Source: a virus (Duplodnaviria; Heunggongvirae; Uroviricota; Caudoviricetes). From it: DNA of 64,000 bases. Shown in pieces: positions 62,099 to 64,000 of the stretch (its first letter is position 1; the number at the start of each line of letters is the position of its first letter). Made by a program: the position numbers and the translations under genes. Under the pieces are notes generated by a model. It saw nothing but the letters and a program-made list of their open reading frames with translations, searched no databases and had not been told where the DNA came from. The stretch is from positions 35,006 through 99,005 of IMG/VR virus record IMGVR_UViG_3300035396_000446; one strand, 5' to 3'.

Positions 62099-63150
62099 TC
62101 TTCTTGTCCATTATCTGTATCAACTACACCTGCTTCCTTATCAAGATATTCATGAAACCATCTTCTAGCTTCTTTAGAGATATGCCCGTTGACGCTTTTA
62201 GGCTCAAGATTATTCTTAATAAGCGTATCCATTTCTTCTTTCATAACATCATTTACAACCCATCTCAAGAAGTCGCCTGTTTTCTCCACTACAGGAGGTT
62301 CATTTGCAAATACAATAGAAATACCCTGCATAAGTCTATTCTCTGTTACAGCATATTCAACAAACTCTTTTATACCTTCCATTTTCTCTACATCAACAGC
62401 GGATAAAGTCGTAACACGGGAACTACTATGCTTCTCTCCCTTCGTTTTGAAAATTATACGGTTATCACCTAAATATGTCTCCCATACAATTCCTTCTCCA
62501 ACACCCTCTACCCCAAAAGCTTTTCCAACGGGGCATTGAGTTTCTACTTCTTCTACATACTCAATCATTTTCTTTTGAGCAATATGTGGGTTCTCAAAGT
62601 CGATGTCTATTTCATATGTTTTAAAAGAAAGAATATTGTAGATGTTATGCTCTTTAAGGTCATTAAAATAAGACGCATCAAACTCTTTAAGCCACTTCCC
62701 TTCCGTCTCGTTCTCTACAACATTTGATAATTTTACACCAAATACTACAAACATCTTATTAGGAAGTTGGGAAAGGGCTACTCCTTTTTGAATGCTTTGA
62801 CCACACCATTCACCATAGATAGAGATAATATCTGCGTCTGTTTTTATAGTAGAAAACATATGTTTAAATACTTCTTTCTTGCTCTCTACAAAGAAAGCAA
62901 AACCGGCGTTATCTTTTTCAATAGTAATAATATTTTCTCTTGACTGCGCCCACATGTCGCCTGTTTTTGTATTAAAACACACCCCTGAATTCGTACCATG
63001 GAGTTTGACTGTTCCTCTAAACTTAATAATAGGCAACTTTATAGTTCTATCATACCCTTTCTCTTTATCTACGAATTGAACCCTATCAGATACGGCTCGA
63101 ATTGTTTGTCTAAATTGTTGTGTCTCTGGGTAACTAATTAATTTTTTCAT
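62092..63150 (-). CDS. RNA ligase, Rnl2 family (T4 gp24.1-like)
   Basis: 352 aa. Motif I TVKLHGTNSGVCF matches T4 Rnl2 REKIHGTNFSLI. IYGEWCGQSIQKGV matches FGEFAGPGIQKNV. EGIVWETY is motif IV-like. IIFKTKGEKH is motif V (K-x-K). Confidence 0.7.
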   Translation of the reverse strand: MKKLISYPETQQFRQTIRAVSDRVQFVDKEKGYDRTIKLPIIKFRGTVKLHGTNSGVCFNTKTGDMWAQSRENIITIEKDNAGFAFFVESKKEVFKHMFSTIKTDADIISIYGEWCGQSIQKGVALSQLPNKMFVVFGVKLSNVVENETEGKWLKEFDASYFNDLKEHNIYNILSFKTYEIDIDFENPHIAQKKMIEYVEEVETQCPVGKAFGVEGVGEGIVWETYLGDNRIIFKTKGEKHSSSRVTTLSAVDVEKMEGIKEFVEYAVTENRLMQGISIVFANEPPVVEKTGDFLRWVVNDVMKEEMDTLIKNNLEPKSVNGHISKEARRWFHEYLDKEAGVVDTDNGQEEC

Positions 63151-63161
63151 AATTTTTCCTT

Positions 63162-64000
63162 TTAAACATTAAAATACTGTTCAAACTCTTTATTACCATA
63201 CTGATTCATAGTCATATCAATTACTTCTTGAATACTATATTTTTTCTTAACTTTTTTATCTTGTAAGAACATTTTAACACCTGTTTCACAAGCACCTGTT
63301 ATTACTCTATAGCATTCTATCATCTCTTCTAAACATAAAGTATCTGATAACTTCAGTTTACCATACTTACTTTTATCTCTATCAGTTATTTTATAAATAA
63401 GATTATTCTTTGCTTCTTTAATGGTATCTCCATGTGCATGTGTAGAACCATTAGTTACTATATAAAATACCTTCTCTCTATTTATTTCTTTTACTTTATA
63501 TACATTACCCTTTTTGGATATAACTTCTGTAAACATACCATCTACTTTTATATACTTACCTGATTGCCATGTAAATATATAACTACTAGGTATGTTTTGT
63601 ATTCTTTTACTTTCATTTTTTAGGTCTAAAGATCCTCCAACAGTAGGATTAAATCCTTCGGGTATAGAGGTTAAAGAATCTAGGTTTAAAGATCCTCCAA
63701 CGGTAGGATTAAATCCTTCGGGTATAGAAGTTAAAGAACTTAGGCCTAAATATCCTCCAACGGTAGGATTAAATCCTTCGGGTATAGAGGTTAAAGAATA
63801 TAGGTTTAAAGATCCTCCAACAGTAGGATTAAATCCTTCGGGTATAGAAGTTAAAGAACTTAGGTTTAAAGATCCTCCAACGGTAGGATTAAATCCTTCG
63901 GGTATAGAGGTTAAAGACCTTAGGTCTAAATATCCTCCAGCGGTAGGATTAAATCCTTCGGGTATAGAGGTTAAAGAACTTAGGTCTAAATATCCTCCAA
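63162..64000 (-). CDS. repeat-containing protein, 3' portion (gene start lies beyond the window end); the 124-aa ORF 63162-63536 is its C-terminus
   Basis: The frame of ORF 63162-63536 stays open upstream through 63537-64000 (checked codon by codon: ...EGFNPTVGGSLDLKNESKRIQNIPSSYIFTWQSGKYIKVDG-MFTEV...). The upstream part consists of 20-aa tandem repeats. Confidence 0.55.
   Translation of the reverse strand, partial: GGYLDLSSLTSIPEGFNPTAGGYLDLRSLTSIPEGFNPTVGGSLNLSSLTSIPEGFNPTVGGSLNLYSLTSIPEGFNPTVGGYLGLSSLTSIPEGFNPTVGGSLNLDSLTSIPEGFNPTVGGSLDLKNESKRIQNIPSSYIFTWQSGKYIKVDGMFTEVISKKGNVYKVKEINREKVFYIVTNGSTHAHGDTIKEAKNNLIYKITDRDKSKYGKLKLSDTLCLEEMIECYRVITGACETGVKMFLQDKKVKKKYSIQEVIDMTMNQYGNKEFEQYFNV
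63623..64000 (-). repeat. tandem 60-bp direct repeats (more than 6.3 copies, continuing off-window), in-frame coding repeats of 20 aa
   Basis: Units at 63661, 63721, 63781, 63841, 63901 and 63961 share GGTATAGARGTTAAAGAMNTTAGGYYTAAAKATCCTCCARCRGTAGGATTAAATCCTTCG. Minus-strand translation per unit is EGFNPTVGG[S/Y]L[N/G/D]L[D/S]SLTSIP. Confidence 0.85.

Noticed and set aside
63623-64000. Possible CRISPR array (regular 60-bp periodicity)
   Set aside because: The units are directly contiguous with no unique spacers. They differ only by point substitutions and translate in-frame into a 20-aa protein repeat continuous with the downstream ORF. This is a coding tandem repeat, not repeat-spacer architecture.

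Overview
The window is an AT-rich (~30% GC), densely packed region that is almost certainly part of a large tailed dsDNA bacteriophage genome. Nearly every gene lies on the minus strand, with overlapping or abutting start and stop codons. Reading in the direction of transcription (high to low coordinate): (1) a long early/accessory region of small membrane and zinc-ribbon proteins, scattered RNA-repair and nucleotide enzymes, and a five-gene operon encoding PncA-like nicotinamidase, vWA, PP2C phosphatase, eukaryotic-like Ser/Thr kinase and a cGAS/OAS-like nucleotidyltransferase, all driven by repeated host sigma70-type promoters of the form TTGMYW-N17-TATAAT that share a conserved leader; (2) a DNA-metabolism block with a ThyX interrupted by an HNH intein, an intact IS200/IS605-type TnpB with an upstream RHH ORF, Dam-like MTase, ADP-ribosylglycohydrolase, MBL hydrolase, SNF2 helicase, a C5-MTase-like protein and two GT9 glycosyltransferases (one fused to a SAM-MTase); (3) a late/structural block with an FtsZ/tubulin homolog next to a 1193-aa protein, a T4 gp55-like late sigma factor, a PD-(D/E)XK nuclease, terminase large subunit and a putative portal. 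The only substantial plus-strand gene is an ADP-ribosyltransferase-superfamily (Tpt1/KptA-like) moron with its own promoter. The window ends inside a minus-strand gene that carries at least six tandem 60-bp (20-aa) repeats. All calls are from reading the sequence and ORF translations; no database search was possible.
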